DNA of 64,000 nucleotides. Source: the human T2T-CHM13v2.0 reference genome, Homo sapiens. The notes under the pieces were generated by a model that was given only the letters and a program-made list of their open reading frames with translations, did not search any database and was not told where the DNA came from. The DNA lies in assembly GCF_009914755.1 (NCBI RefSeq), contig NC_060925.1. One strand, 5' to 3'. Both the position numbers and the translations under genes were made by a program. The stretch's first letter is position 1, and each line of letters begins with the position of its first letter. This document shows, one piece after another, positions 13,221 to 26,882 of the stretch.

Positions 13221-14977
13221 CAGAACAACCCTTTGAAGCAGCTACTTAAGGTTCACAATCCCTACCCTAACCCAGGGCAAACCCTAGCAATGGAACCCAG
13301 CAATACTTCTTCAGCATTGAGTGGTTTAAATATAGACTATAAATAGCCTCAGATCAGCGTTAGTCAGTTTTTGCCATCAAAGTAGTTCTAAAGCCAAATT
13401 AAAGGAAAAACAAAACCCAACTTTCTCTTGGGGGACTTTGGGGATTTGGGAGTTGCAGGTAAAGGACTGGGAACCCAAATTACCCAAATGTGCAGTTGAG
13501 GAGACTGAGGCACCAAGAGGAGAAGGGTTCTCTGAGGCTGAGGTCACCTGGCTAGCAAGGGCAAGATGTGGGATTCACAGCCAAGGATTCCAGTGCACAT
13601 CCAGGTTCTAAACTCCTGTGCTGAACTGCCTCCCTGCCACCTGCTAGGTCCTGGGTATAGACAGATGGGGCTCTGATCCTGCCTGGGCCTCTTGTCAGCT
13701 GAATGTGATCTAGGCTGGGGATCCTGTTGAGCCCCCACTTTCCTTGTCTACAAGGTGGGAGTAGGGCTGCCTGTCCCTGGACTGCTGTCAGGGAGGATGC
13801 TGTCTTGGAAGCAGTGGGAAAGGCGGATGCATGGTAGAAATCCTCCAGTTGGGCCCAATCCTATCACTTGTAGGGCAAGAGTGTGTGTGGTCCTCCTTGT
13901 CCCCCTCCTCTGCCCACCCCCAGCTCTGTCCTCAACCACTGGAGCCTGGCTCCCATGGGATGACACAACCTGCAGGTCTAAGAACTATCCATCCATTCCA
14001 CCCTCTCCCTACAGCTGTCCCTGGACCCACCTTGTGGCCTAGGGCTGCTCACGTAGGCAGTGCGGGTTGTTCTTGGGAGAAGGAACATGACAGAGGCTTG
14101 CACAGGATCTGAAGTGGGCTTGGAGCATCCAAGAATCCCAAGGCCCTGGGCAGGCAGAGCAGGGCATAGGAAGGGAGATGCAGGTTCCAAGCACTGTGTC
14201 CTCTGTGGAGTCCTCAGGTCAAGGGGCTGTAGGCAGCCAGAGGGTGGCTGGAGTGGGTCCCTCTAAGGTGGGAATTCAGGGCAGGGGCCCTTTTTAGAGG
14301 GAGTGGGGCTAAAGGCAGGGCCGCTGTACATGCTTTTCCCCCTCTATCCCCCTCCCCTCCCCTCGGGACATCCAGAGCTGCCCATCTTCTCTCCCTCACC
14401 CCACTGCCCAACTCAGCTCAACCCCACCCCAGTCCTTACCTGCCTGCCCCTGCCCCTCTCAGCCCCCAGGCCACTTGGCTCTGCTCAGTGGGTGCACGGC
14501 TGGGGGAGCTTTATAGAAACCTCTAAAAATGAATTTTCCCTGCGTGTCAATCCTTCATCTTCTCACTGCACTACTCTCTGAGCATTTTATAGCACAGAAA
14601 AAGAGAAAGAAAAAGTCACCCTGGCATTTATTGAGATAAATAGCAAGAGTCTGTGAGGCTGAATTGTTAAAAATGCATCTTCACCTGTGCCAATGACAAG
14701 AATGCAGCTGATAAGTCCTGTCTCCTTTGTCTTCCCGAAGTGTCTCTGCACAGAGAGGGGGCTTTGTTCCCACCTCCTCCGACAATCTGGCATTCAGGCT
14801 GTGGGAATCTCTGAGACGCAGCAGTTCCACAGGAACCAACCTCGAAACACCTTTCCCATTTGGCTCTGCGCAGTGCACTGGAACCCTTCTGATTGATTTC
14901 TCATTGTTGTCTCTCCTGGGAGAGAGTGGAGGCGGTGATGCTTGCTGGCAGCCTGCTGCATTTCAGCATTTGCCTGT

Positions 14978-15460
14978 TCAGTGAGTTTGCTGCTATGGGG
15001 TCACACCTCCCCAATGCAGATTAGCCTAAAACAAGAAGCACTGATTTCACTTTCAAGTCTGGGAGCCCGGGACCGCCTTGCTCATGTATCTGCAGATGCT
15101 TAGTGGGTAGGCTTAGCTGGTTTGACTGGGCTTTTTCCTGAGTCTGGGGCCTTGGCTGTTACGGGGTTGACCGGTATGGCTCTGGTCCTCATGGCCTGCC
15201 CTAGGCTGGCCATATTTGCATGAGATTACAAAGTGCTTGGAGGGTGAGGGGAAGGTACATAGCTTCTTGAGCTCTAGGTGCAGAACTGGCATGACGTCGC
15301 TTTTGACACATTCTTTTGGCCAGAGCAAGCTACAAGACCAGCCCAGATTTAAGGAATAGAGAAGAAGACTCCAAATTCCAATGTGGGAGATGCGAAGTCA
15401 CATTGTGAAGGGCCAGACAAGGGGGGTGGGTAATTACAGACATTTTTACAAACAATATAC
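14978..15460 (-). mobile_element. MLT1-family MaLR LTR
   Basis: agaactggca...cacattcttttggccagagcaag...cagcccagatttaagg...gtcacattg...catttttacaaacaat. Confidence 0.7.
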
Positions 15461-15464
15461 CTCA

Positions 15465-15900
15465 TTTGCTTTATTTCACTGAATCCTTGAAGCCACCCTG
15501 TGAGGGAGGAGTTATTAACACCATTTTTTCAGATGAGGAAACTGAGGCTGAGAGAATTGCATTTGCTCATTCCTTTGTTTCTTCCCTCTTGATTGGGCAT
15601 CTCAGGCACTGGGTACTGCTGGCACCGGGGACGTGGCTGTGACCCAGCTATGGTCAGCCTCACACTGGGGAAGATATAGGAAGGGGCAGACATGTGAACG
15701 GATGAGGACTATATGGGAAGATTCTTGCTAAAGGGGCACGGGGCTGGGGAGACTCAACATACACGAGGGTGAGGTGGGAGAGTCAGAGAAGTTTTCCCAG
15801 AGGAAGTTCTAAGCTGACCTCAGAGGAGTAGCTGGAATTAGGTAGGCAAAGAAAGGTGGGAAAAGTTTTACAGGTAGAGCAAACAGCAAGAAAAGTCAGA
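15465..15900 (-). mobile_element. MIR followed by L2 fragments
   Basis: ccattttttcagatgaggaaactgaggctgagag (MIR); gtcagagaagttttcccagagga...ctaagctga (L2). Confidence 0.65.
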
Positions 15901-18422
15901 ATTGTTCAGTGGACAGAAGGTCACAGGGCTAGAAGCGCGAAGCTGGGATCCTAGCCCAGAAGCAGCGGCTGCTAGCGTGGGACTCTCAGGACAGTGTGGA
16001 TGGGTCAGCAGAAGGGTTCTCAGAAGGGCTGGCTGAGAAGGGTTCCTGGAAGTCCAGAGACACCGTGGGTGGTCAGGGAGTCCCCACCAAGCCTCCCTTC
16101 CCAGAGCCTGGAGGCCACATAAGAAGGTGGCAGCATCTCAGGTAGAGAGAACCTGGATCCTTCATCTCGGCTGGAGGCGTTGTCTACCCACAGGGAGCCC
16201 CAGCCAGGACCTCCGCTTGGGCTTTGCTCAAGAGAAACAAACATCCATTGAGTAAAGCCACTGGGATTTGGGGGCTCTTTGTCACTTCACCCACTCTGGC
16301 TGATGTAACCCAGTCCCACTCCTCATCAACCTTCATCAGCAAGTGTTCATTGAGCTCCTCCGTGGGCCAGGCTCTGTGTCACCAGGGCACGGCCATGGAT
16401 GAGAACAACAGGAAGTCTCAGATGCATTTGGGGAAGCAGCCAAAAAAAATGACTAAATGAACAAATAAATAAAATCATCACCTAGACTGAAACTTGCTGT
16501 GAAAGAAATAAATAGGGTGTTAAGATAGCAAATGCTAGATGCAGGGAGGGTGTGTGGGAAGGGGAGGGGACTTCGGGAGGATGGTTGGGAAGTGCCCGAG
16601 GGAAGGAGGGAGCCACAGGGCAAGAGGAAGTTCCTGGAGAGAGGAGAGATGCCAGCTGCTCCCAGCTTTATGCAAATTACTTCTCTCCATCCTCCCAACA
16701 ACCCTGGAAGGGGCTATTATTGGCCCTGTTTTACAGGGGAGGGAAACGTGGCTCCAGAGAGGTGGAGTGAAGGGGCCAGGTAGAGTTCAATCCCACTCTC
16801 AGGGAGCAGGGATGGGTCAGGGCAGGTGGGGTGGGGGTAGGGGAGAGAAGAACTTGACAGACTTACTGGGCCAAGTACTGAGATCCTATGGGTGGCCCTG
16901 GGAGTCCCTGGGACCCCAGGGATATGACCCCAAGGGATGGAAAGGTGCCTTTGGAGCCAGAAATTCAACTGGGGGGGTCATGAGAAGAGCACAGGGCCGG
17001 GATCTGACCTACACTGTCCTGGTCTGTGTGCCCTTGGTCAATGTGTTTAACCTCTCTGAGCCTCCTGTACTCATCTCTAACATGGGGAGAAACACCAGCT
17101 CTTAGGGCTGGGGTGGGAGTGAGGGAGAGGAGGTAAGTCAGTGCCTCCAACCTCAGAGCCCAGGGCCTGGTTCTCTGCTGCTGTCTTTCATCCCAAGGGG
17201 GTTTACTGAGCTCTGAGGACACACAGGCTCTGTGTCTATGCCCATCATCCAGATCCTCTCGGGCACGGGACACAGGAGGATTGTTCACTAGATGGAGCGC
17301 CATGGGAGCAGGGGCCCTGTCTGTCCACACTGCTCTATCCCTGGTACCTAGGACAGTGCTTGGCACACTCCAGGTACCTGATACATATTTGTTGAATGAA
17401 TGGAATATTCCCATTTTGTAGATGAGAAAACAGAGGCCTGCAGAGTTAAAGGGAAGCGCTCCAGTCACGCAGCTGGTGGTCAGGGCAGCCAAGACTGATC
17501 CAGGTGTGGAGAGTCCCAGAGCCATGAGGACGCCCCAGTGAGTGTTTCTCTGGTGCTTGGGAAGTGAACCCACAGGCTGGGCTTGAGTGTGATGTGCTCA
17601 GGAAACCACCAGGAAGCCGGTCCTGGTACTTCTCAGGGATCTGGGGCCCAGCCGGTCCCGGCTCAGCCCACACCCTTAGACAGGCGATGCAGATCTTGGG
17701 GGGACAAGTAGGGATCAGCCCCAGCTGGGCCCAGAGACAGCCTGTGGGCAGGGCTGGGAGGAGGGGGTGGCTGAGGGCCCCTCTGCTTCCTGGGGCCTGG
17801 GCAGGATTTTGAATAATCCTGACTCATTGCTGCAGTAGGAGTGGACCAGACATCCAGCCCAGGGCCTCTGTTCTCTACGATGCTGTGCTAGGATTTTCTC
17901 CTGTCTGTGGCATCTCTGATGTGTCCAGCTGAGCATGAAATGATCCTTATAAAGCTTGTTTCATTTCAAAAAGCTCTTCTGAGATGCAAACTCTGGCCAG
18001 TTCTCATATCCACCGAAGGTGAAGAGCAATTTGTCCTTGATTAAGTAAAATGTTATAGATCACAGTGTGACCATTTTAAAATCTTTCATCTCTTCTGCTT
18101 TTTCCACCTCACAAACCATTAATTTTCACTTGTCTTCTCTGCTTCCTATCCTCACTCTGTGCCTATGAAACAAGGCCCTTTCTGTCTTTCTCCCTCTCTT
18201 TCTCCCTCCCTCCCTTCCTTCCATCCAGTATTTTTGATCCTGCGGTGTGTCCCACAGTGTTCCAGGCCCCAGGAAAACAACAGTGCATGAGATGCTGCTC
18301 TCGTGCAGCTTCCAGTCTAAAAGGAGGACAACAGAGGAAGGAGATTAAAGCTAGACACCACCCCTGCCCTCCTGAGTCTCCTTCATGGGATGTGGCGAAG
18401 GCTGCTGGGGACCTGGGACCTC

Positions 18423-18882
18423 GTGATAGTTGATTTTGTGTCACTTAACTGAGCTAAGGGATGCGCAGGAAGCTGGTAAAACGTTATTTGTGGGTGTGTC
18501 GGTGAGGGTGTTTCCTTTCCAGAAGAGAATGTGAGCGTGTTTCCAGAAAAGACCAGCATTTGAATGGGTAGACTGAGTCAAGAAAATCAACCTCACTGTT
18601 GTGAGAAAGGCACCGTACAATCTATTGAAGGCCTAAATAGAATGAAAAGGCGGAGGAACGGTGAATTCATTTTCTCTGTTGGAGGTGAACTGCCCATCTT
18701 CTCCTGCCCTCAGATATTCAATACTTCTGGTTTTTCGGCCTTTGAATTTGGGGACTGAATGGGACTGAATTATACCAGAGGCTTTCCTGGTTTTCCAGCT
18801 TGCAGACAGTGAATCGTGGGACCTCTCAGGTGAGAGGCAAGTCAATTCAAGACTTGTGTGAGCCAATTCCTATCTATCTATC

Positions 18883-18970
<88 letters not shown>

Positions 18971-19069
18971 ATCTATCATCTGTCTATCTATCTATCTATC
19001 AATCAATCTATCATCGATCTATCTTGTCTCCTAGTGGTTCTGTTACTCTGGAGAATGCTAACTAATGCA
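18423..19069 (+). mobile_element. MLT2D-like ERVL LTR
   Basis: tgatagttgattttgtgtca...ctaagggatgc...ggtaaaacgttattt...gtgagccaattcc...ggttctgttactctggagaa..ctaactaa. Confidence 0.85.
18871..19023. repeat. Compound (TATC)n / GATA tetranucleotide STR
   Basis: TATC units with ATC and AATC interruptions. Confidence 0.95.
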
Positions 19070-20204
19070 TGCTTAAATCAGCGATGTTCCCAGGGTTCTA
19101 TGGAAGTAAAAAATGGGAGGTAACTAATTGTGAGGATCAGGTAAGCTGTCACTGCAGGGCGTCCCCTGATTAGCGCACTTCTCTCCCAAGACGACCTTCC
19201 CCCAAGGGCTAGAATTTGTCTCAATCATCCCCATAGTCTGGGGCCCCACTTCAGAGCCTATACCTAATAGGCAACAATAAATATCTATTGAAAGACTGCA
19301 GGGAGAGTGGGCAGGAGAGAAAGGGGATTTGAGATTTTAAAGAATTGCAGACTCAGCTTCCTCAGCTTCTGTCTGAAAAGCTGATCTGTGCAGAGAATCG
19401 ATGTGTCTCCCACCCATGCAGGCAGCTGGCTCCCAAAATAGTAGCGATTTTGCCGGCCCCACCCGCACGTCAAGAATATCCTCCAGCAGCTGAGCTGATG
19501 TGTATTTTCCTGCCTGCCTGATGTTGTTTAGCGTCTGTGGCCTCATTATGGGAAAATAGACTGTCAACATGGGCTTCAGAGGCAGAACAGGGAAGAGAAA
19601 TGGACTAATTTTCCCAACTGTGGACATAATGGGAAGATTCTTACCTTCGAAGGATGCTACTGGCATGGGGAATTTGCAAGGGAAATCACAGGGCTCATTG
19701 GCTGTGCATTTCTCTGCTGATGAAACACTTTTCAGGGTTGGTCTGCATGGCTGCTGGGGCTGACTGGCTGATGGAATGTGATCTAATAGCCTTATCAAAG
19801 ACATTTGAGAGACCGTAGTCCCCCGCGCAGCAGATGGTCAAGGATGCTACTTTCATTCAGGCACACCTGGGTCCAAAACCAAGTGAACAGGACATTCCCA
19901 GCAGCTCCTATTTCACTCTGCCACCACCTTCTACCTGGGGACTGCCTCCCACCTGGGCCCAGGTGCAGCTCCATCTGCTCTGGGAGAGGGTCCTGGGCAG
20001 ACCTGCCCCAGGAAATACTTGAGCCTCTTCATGGAGAATTCCAGACACAGAGGCCTAAAGATCTGAGAGCAGCAAACTGCAGGCTTCACCGCCCTCCCTG
20101 CATGCTCATCCCCTTCACTGTGTCCCTTAGGGCCCAGCTTGAGCTCCCCTTCCTCCAAGAATCCCTCCTTGATGCCTCCAGATCATGCTGGCCTCGTAAT
20201 TCCA

Positions 20205-20360
20205 GTAGGGTAGTGTGGGGTTGGGGAAAGAGCACGGGACTTAGTGGCAGAGCTGGAGTTTGAGCCTCCTCTGCCATCCTGGAATGTGTGAGCTTGGGCA
20301 AATCACTTGGCTTCTCTGGGACTGCATTTCCTTCATTAAAATGTGGGCAGTAATAGGAGG
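20205..20360 (+). mobile_element. MIR SINE
   Basis: gtagtgtgg...aaagagcacgggactt...gggcaaatcactt...aaaatgtgggcagtaa. Confidence 0.7.
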
Positions 20361-20734
20361 GACAGCTGCCATGCTGCTTCCTCTTTGTTTTCAGGTCAGC
20401 CTCCTTCATGGGATGGTGACGTTCTCCTCGGGAGGTACCATATTTCCTTGGTCCAGCACTTTCTCATTCCAACACGTTCTCATTCTAGAGAATTTTCTAC
20501 CTTTTCTTTGTTCAGCTTCACTTAGTGGTATCTCAAGAGCTGGCCTGAAACATCAGAAATATGAGGAAATGCCATTTCAAAAGATCAAAAATAGACATCA
20601 CTGGTAGCCACTGAATTAATCAGTCCAGCCAGCGTGGACACTTACTGTTGCTAGGCCCTGGGCTTTACAAAGAGCTAGGAGAAGGAGACTGGTGCATAGT
20701 AAGCTCATGATAATTCTTAGCTGTTATTCTAATC

Positions 20735-20776
20735 ATGATGATGATGATGATGATGATGATTATGATGATGATGATG
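20735..20776. repeat. (ATG)8 ATT (ATG)5 microsatellite
   Basis: Direct reading; follows a MIR-like 3' end. Confidence 0.9.
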
Positions 20777-21357
20777 AATAATGGTGATGGTGACACTTGT
20801 TCCTCATTTCCACAACCACTTTCCAGTCATCAGTCTCAGCCCCTCCTCACTGGTGCATGTCCCCCAAGGCTCTGACATCAAAAAGGGGCTTCATTCCTTC
20901 TCACTGGCTTAGGTAATTCTATGACCCACATATAAGAGGAGGGGGCACGTTTATTTTGGCTCAGGTCTTCATCTTGCTCAGGTCACACTGGGCATTAAAG
21001 CTCCCTGCAGCCAGGCCAGTGTTGACCAGGATGGCACTATGATTTTTGATTTCTGGTCATGGTGTTGGTGACTTGTCATCAGGCTGATGTTTTTCCTCTG
21101 TCTCACTTCTCATAAAAGAGACCATCATAATAGAACTAATGCCTTTTTTTTCTATGAACATCTGGTCAAGATTTTCTTGTATAGGATAATAGAAGAAATA
21201 TATGGTCCATTTCTTGAACCACCAAATCGAGAATGCTACTAGATCATCTGATCCAACTGTCTTATGGTACAATTGGGGAAACTTAGGCCCAGAGTGGGCC
21301 CAAAGGTCACACAGTAAGAGTTCACACATCATTTTCCTGACTTTGTTTAGTTGCCTA

Positions 21358-21716
<359 letters not shown>

Positions 21717-21779
21717 AAGAAAATTGTTTTTAATTCTTCATTAGTTAATTAATAGATCTCCATTTCTTCAGGGTTGGTT

Positions 21780-22250
21780 TCTAAAGGTTTATTATTATTG
21801 GGTCATGTTTCTCTGTTTCTTTGTATGTCTTGTTATTTTTGTTGTTGTTGTTGTTGAGATTTTTGCATTTGAAAAAACAGTCACCTCTAGTAGTTTTTAT
21901 TGACTGGTTTTATACAGGAAAATCTTCATCAATCAGTTTGGCTAGAGATTCTGCGGGTCTCTTAAACTGATAACGACTTCAATTGCCTACAAAAGCTCTA
22001 CCCCTTTACATATCCCTGCTTTTATGTTATTGATGTTACAAATTACACATTTCTACATTTTGAATACATTAGCATAGTTTTATATTTATAGTCTTATGAT
22101 TTTATTTTTTTAAATTCTGTACCTAAGTTAAAAATGATTTATATACCACCACTATAATATTACAGAATTCTGTACTTGCCTATATATTTTGCTTTACCAG
22201 AGATCTTTACATTTTTATATGCTTTCATATTGCTGTCTAGCATCCTTTTG
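21780..22250 (-). mobile_element. Old L1M (L1MC/MD-like) fragments
   Basis: AT-rich; ttttatgttattgatgttacaaattacac...tgctttcatattgctgtctagcatccttt. Confidence 0.65.
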
Positions 22251-22399
22251 ACAAAGACCTGTCTTGAAGTTGTCTGTGGACCCCAACACCACCCCTCAGT
22301 GGCCCCTTTCTCTCCCTCTCTACCCCCAGTCACCCCTGAGCAAGTGGACATTTAGAAATGGAGCTAATGTGGACCTCAAACACAGGCCTAGCCTTTCAT

Positions 22400-22570
22400 C
22401 TGCATTACCTCATGAACCCACACTGCAGTTCTAAAAGGCAGGTGCTGTCATACTCTTTATGTTGTACATGAGGGAAATGAAGCACAGAGAGGCTGAGTCA
22501 CTGATCTGAGATCACCTTATGAGTGAGGAGCAGAAATGGAGCTTGAACCAAGATGTGTTTGACTCAAGCC
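22400..22570 (-). mobile_element. MIR SINE
   Basis: catgagggaaatgaagcacagagaggctgagtcac...cttgaaccaagatgtgtttgactc. Confidence 0.7.
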
Positions 22571-24899
22571 CATGCTTGTGACTCCCCACATCACCAGGAG
22601 GAGGGAGCATGAGGGTACCAATGTGGGACGGGGGTGAGGCAGGCACAGGCAGCCCCGTCTCTAGGGTCCAGCCTTTTGCACTTTTGCACCTCTCTTCTCA
22701 ATCCTGCCTGGTTCTTCTGTCTGACTCTCTCTTCCAGGCCAGGCCACATCCTCTCTTGGTCTCTGGTCTCTGAAAGTGAAAGACAGAGACCCCCAGTGAT
22801 GATGGCGCTATCATTATCCCCACCCACGAATGAGGAAACTGAGGCACAGAGAGATTAAGTAACTTGTCCAACATCAGGCAATTGATTCCAAAAATCTGTA
22901 AACAAGTTCACAGTTTTTCTAAAACCCCTCCTATCTGGGTTCCTAAGAATTGGCCACTTTTCAGCTCCACTGCCCTAGAATCCGGCTCTCGATCTTCTGC
23001 TGTGACTGAAGTTCTGGGTTTGGTCAACCCTCAATGAAGGCAGTTCCTGCCTCCAGGCCTTTGCTTATGCTGTGCCCTCTCCCTCTCCCTGGAACACCCT
23101 TCTCCCTGCCTGTCCATCACTCTTACTTATACTGGGTCTATTCAAGACCCAGACCAGACATCATGTTCTGCGGACTGCCGCCACCCCACCTCCATGCATC
23201 CCTGCACCCAGCACATCCTTCATCACAGCACTTAGTGGGTGGGGCAGAGGGGACACGATTCTGTCCTCAAGACCTGCCTGTCCACTGGGTTCACTCGTCC
23301 CTTCCTTCCAACAAGATTCATAAAATGTTACTTCTGTCCTAAGACCTGCATTTCTAGAAGGATGACCAACCCCATGGTGATGGTATCATTACTTCCATTT
23401 TAGAAAATCCCCCACTCAGGTTTTGTAATTCCTGAGACCAGAGGCCCCACTAGAAGGGAGTAGTCTGAGAACTCTGACCCTGCTCCAGGCTGCCAAGGTC
23501 ACCTTGGAGTTAATGAAGGAGGATGGAGGACATAAGAGCGCCCACTTTCTTCATCCATGTCAACTCCTTCTTCCTGCAGCTTTGAGCGCAGGAACTGTTC
23601 CTCCTTTGTGTCACCGGGCTGGGTGAGGACTGAACCCCTGTGCAGTGCTTCCAGCAACACAATTGCCATACAATCAGCAGTGCCATTAATTAAACATGAG
23701 TTGATTGTAAGAGCAGTGCTTGAGATGTAAAAGTGATACACTTAGGCACCAGGTAATTAACTGAAAACAACAAGCAATAAGCATGGAGCCAGGTTACTAC
23801 AACAACCTGGCAGACATCATTTAGATTCTTTTTACCCCTTGACTTTTTTTGCCCAACACTAGTGTTTCCCTCCAATCCTCAGAACCAATAGGCAAGTGGG
23901 TGGATAGGAACATGGGTTGCACTGAAGAAGCTGAATCCCAGGGAGGTGAAGTGGCTTTTTCAAGGTCACACAGGAAGGTGCCAAGATCTGCCCCCATCTG
24001 ACATTGGAGCCCAATCAGTGCCCAGCACAGTGTCTGACTGCTGGTGGGGGCTGCCTTGCTCCCTCCAACCCTCTTGGGGAGGTGCCCATAGCCCCAGTCC
24101 TGACTGAGCCAGACAAGGTGGTTCACACACAGACCTCCAGCCTGTCAGCTGAGAATAGCCCCATCCATGCATACAGCCAGCCGGGACTTTCTAGAGTGCT
24201 TTCACTCCCATCCCTCCATCTCAGCCCCCCAGCTCTGCACACAAAGGCCCCTTCTCAGGAGATGGGGGCCTCCTCCCTTCTCTGAACTTTCTGTGAATGC
24301 AGGAATAGTGCCTGTGTTAAAATCCATGTCTGAATGTGCCCCTGTTGGAGGACTTAGCTCATGTATACACAGAAAATCTCTGCAGACTTGTCTTCTAATA
24401 TTTATTCTGGAAACTGGAACATGCAGATAAGACAAACACCTGATGCTAAAACTGCAGAATAAATTTACATTCTCTCAGCCACAGAGAGCTGCATCATATA
24501 CACCCACTTCATGAGCCAGGAAGAGGGAGGAACCCACTCCTGGTGATGGAGGGCTTTGGCAGGTTGTTCTCCAGCAGCAAAGGCCACCACTGTGGAATCC
24601 TGGTCTCTCAGGACCTAACAGTCCTCAAATCCCAGAGTTTTAAATTTCCAAGTCTTAGAATCCTTACTTAATAGAATCTTAAAACTATAATTTCTTGAGG
24701 TGGAACCCAGGATCTTAGATTCTCAAGCTTTAAGCTTTTGGCTTAATGGAATCTTAAAAACTGTAAAACATTGGGTCACAATCTTAGAACCCGAGGACAT
24801 GGCAATTCTCAGAATTTCCAGATCTTTAACTATCAGCTTGCCAGTTGCTCAACCCACAGCCAAGTTCCTTCCACACTGTACCAACAAGTAGCCTCCTGG

Positions 24900-25210
24900 C
24901 CTCAGAGTTTCCTCCGGTGCCCCCTCCTTCAGGAAGCCTTCCCTGATCTCTAACTAGATCAGATTCCCCATTACAGGTCCCATGGCTTCATCTGCATTGC
25001 CTTGTTAGATCCCCTACAGGTTCCAGGTTACATTTATTTTCACGATTGTGTCATTGATTTTGTCTCTTCCCATCTCCTGGACTGGGAGCCCCTTGGGCTT
25101 GGGTTTGGTTTCCTTTGCTCGTGCTGCATCCCTAGCACAGGAACTGGCACGTAGCAGGTGCTCAATCAGTATTTGTCAAATGAGTAGCCAAAGTAATGAA
25201 TGATTTCAAT
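24900..25210 (+). mobile_element. L2 3' fragment
   Basis: cctccttcaggaagccttccctga...cctagcacagg..ctggcacgtagcaggtgctcaat. Confidence 0.75.
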
Positions 25211-25439
25211 GAATCAGTGGATGACTGGCTACCAAAGCCTATACTCTTCCTACAAGGCTATAGGGAAACCTCCAATTGCCACATATCTGCCCCAAAAGGC
25301 TGGGTTAGTGTCAGCAGCAACCTTGGGTAACTGGGACCCTACTGAGCTCACATGGGTGAGGGTGTGAGGTCAGTGATTAACCCTCCCCCAGGCCTATGCT
25401 CATCCACAGAGAAACTTCTGGTATCCGGTGTTGAGAGTG

Positions 25440-25660
25440 GCCGCGTGGTCACTGTGGCTAAGAGCGTAGGCCATGGTGTGAGAAGCTTGCATTCAAACCC
25501 AGCTCCTCCATCTAACAGTGAAGTAGCCTCAGACAAGTTACTTGACCACCCGTGCCTCAGTTTCCCCAGCTATAAAACTGGGATTGTGCAAGTTCCTATC
25601 TCTTTTTAAATGAACTCATTAAGCTCCTGGCACAGCACTGAGTGCACAGTTGACACTCGG
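25440..25660 (+). mobile_element. MIR SINE
   Basis: gtggctaagagcgtaggc...ttcaaacccagctc...caagttacttgacc...gtgcctcagtttcccca. Confidence 0.8.
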
Positions 25661-26882
25661 TGTGACTCTGCACATGCAGCCATGTGGGAACACCCAGCAG
25701 ATTTGGAGGTAGAAGCTGCTTCACACGGGGCCCACATGGCAGGACCCCAGGGAGAGAGAAGCCATCCTCAGGGAGTCAAAGAGACAGACTCAGTCACAGG
25801 GTCTGGGGGGCAGAGGGAGGCCTAGATCCCAACAGTATGGAGGTGGAGCCTGAACCGAGGCTTGCCCACCCCAGCAGAGCCTGTGTCTGCCCTTGGAAAC
25901 CGGCCGCATAGGCTCACAGAGGCTGGGCCTTTAGAACCCAAGCTGCCCTGCTCTGGAACACATAAGGGACCTCGCAGTGAGGAAATACATTGAACCAGGG
26001 GTCAGGGAAGGCCTGTCTGAGGAGGGGAAATTTGAGCAAGGACCTGAGTGAGTGAAGAAGGAGTAAATCATTCCAAAAAGCCTTCCAGACAGAGAACAGA
26101 ATGTGCAAAGGCCCTGAGGCAGGAATGTACTTGGTGTATTCAAACAACAGCAAGACCTGGTTTGACCTCCCTGGGCTGGGAAGACCCCAAGACTTTGGGG
26201 CACATCAAGAATAAGGGAGAGGACTCTTCCCTCAGCACAGTTGACTTTAGGATGGATTCTGTGCACACAGTGGATGCTTAAGAAAAGTATAAATGTGTTC
26301 AGGTCAGGACCCTACATGGCCAGGGAGATCCTGACACCAGGTGTGTTGAGAGGGCTGGGGTGTGAGGAGTCTGGAGCCCCTTTAAAAGACCTACCTCACT
26401 CAGTCCTCCAAACCATGTATTTGTGAGAAAGTCCTCATATGAACCCATTTTACAGCTGAGAAAACTGAGGCCCAGAGAGGGGAGTAACTTGCTTTTATCA
26501 CACAGCTAGAAAACAGCAGAGTCAGGATTCAAGCCTGTAACCAGGAGACACAACAGACTGGCTGATCAGCCCCACCTCACGCCTCTCCCTAAGGACAAAG
26601 TGTTCTCAGTGGGTGATGGGAACCCGCCATCCTCTATGGGGACAACAGAGCAGGTGTGTCCATGTCCAGAGGAGGCTTCAGAGTCAGGGAACCTGGGTCT
26701 GAATTCTGCCTCCTTCACTTGCTTTCTGTGTGATTCTGAGTGTGTTTACTGTACTTCCCTGTGTCTCTGTTTCCTCCTCTGTAAAATGGGAATGACAGCC
26801 TCGACCTTGGCTGGCTGCTGCAGTGATTAACTAAGAGAAAAATGTAAGGTGGACCTAGTCAGTGTTAAAAATGCTCTTCAGA

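Noticed and set aside
16965-17573. 202-aa minus-strand ORF
   Set aside because: Runs through MIR and L2 fragments; no recognisable domain
24600-24830. Repeated TTAGAATC-like words
   Set aside because: Irregular spacing with no fixed repeat-spacer structure; probably an old degenerate repeat, not an array
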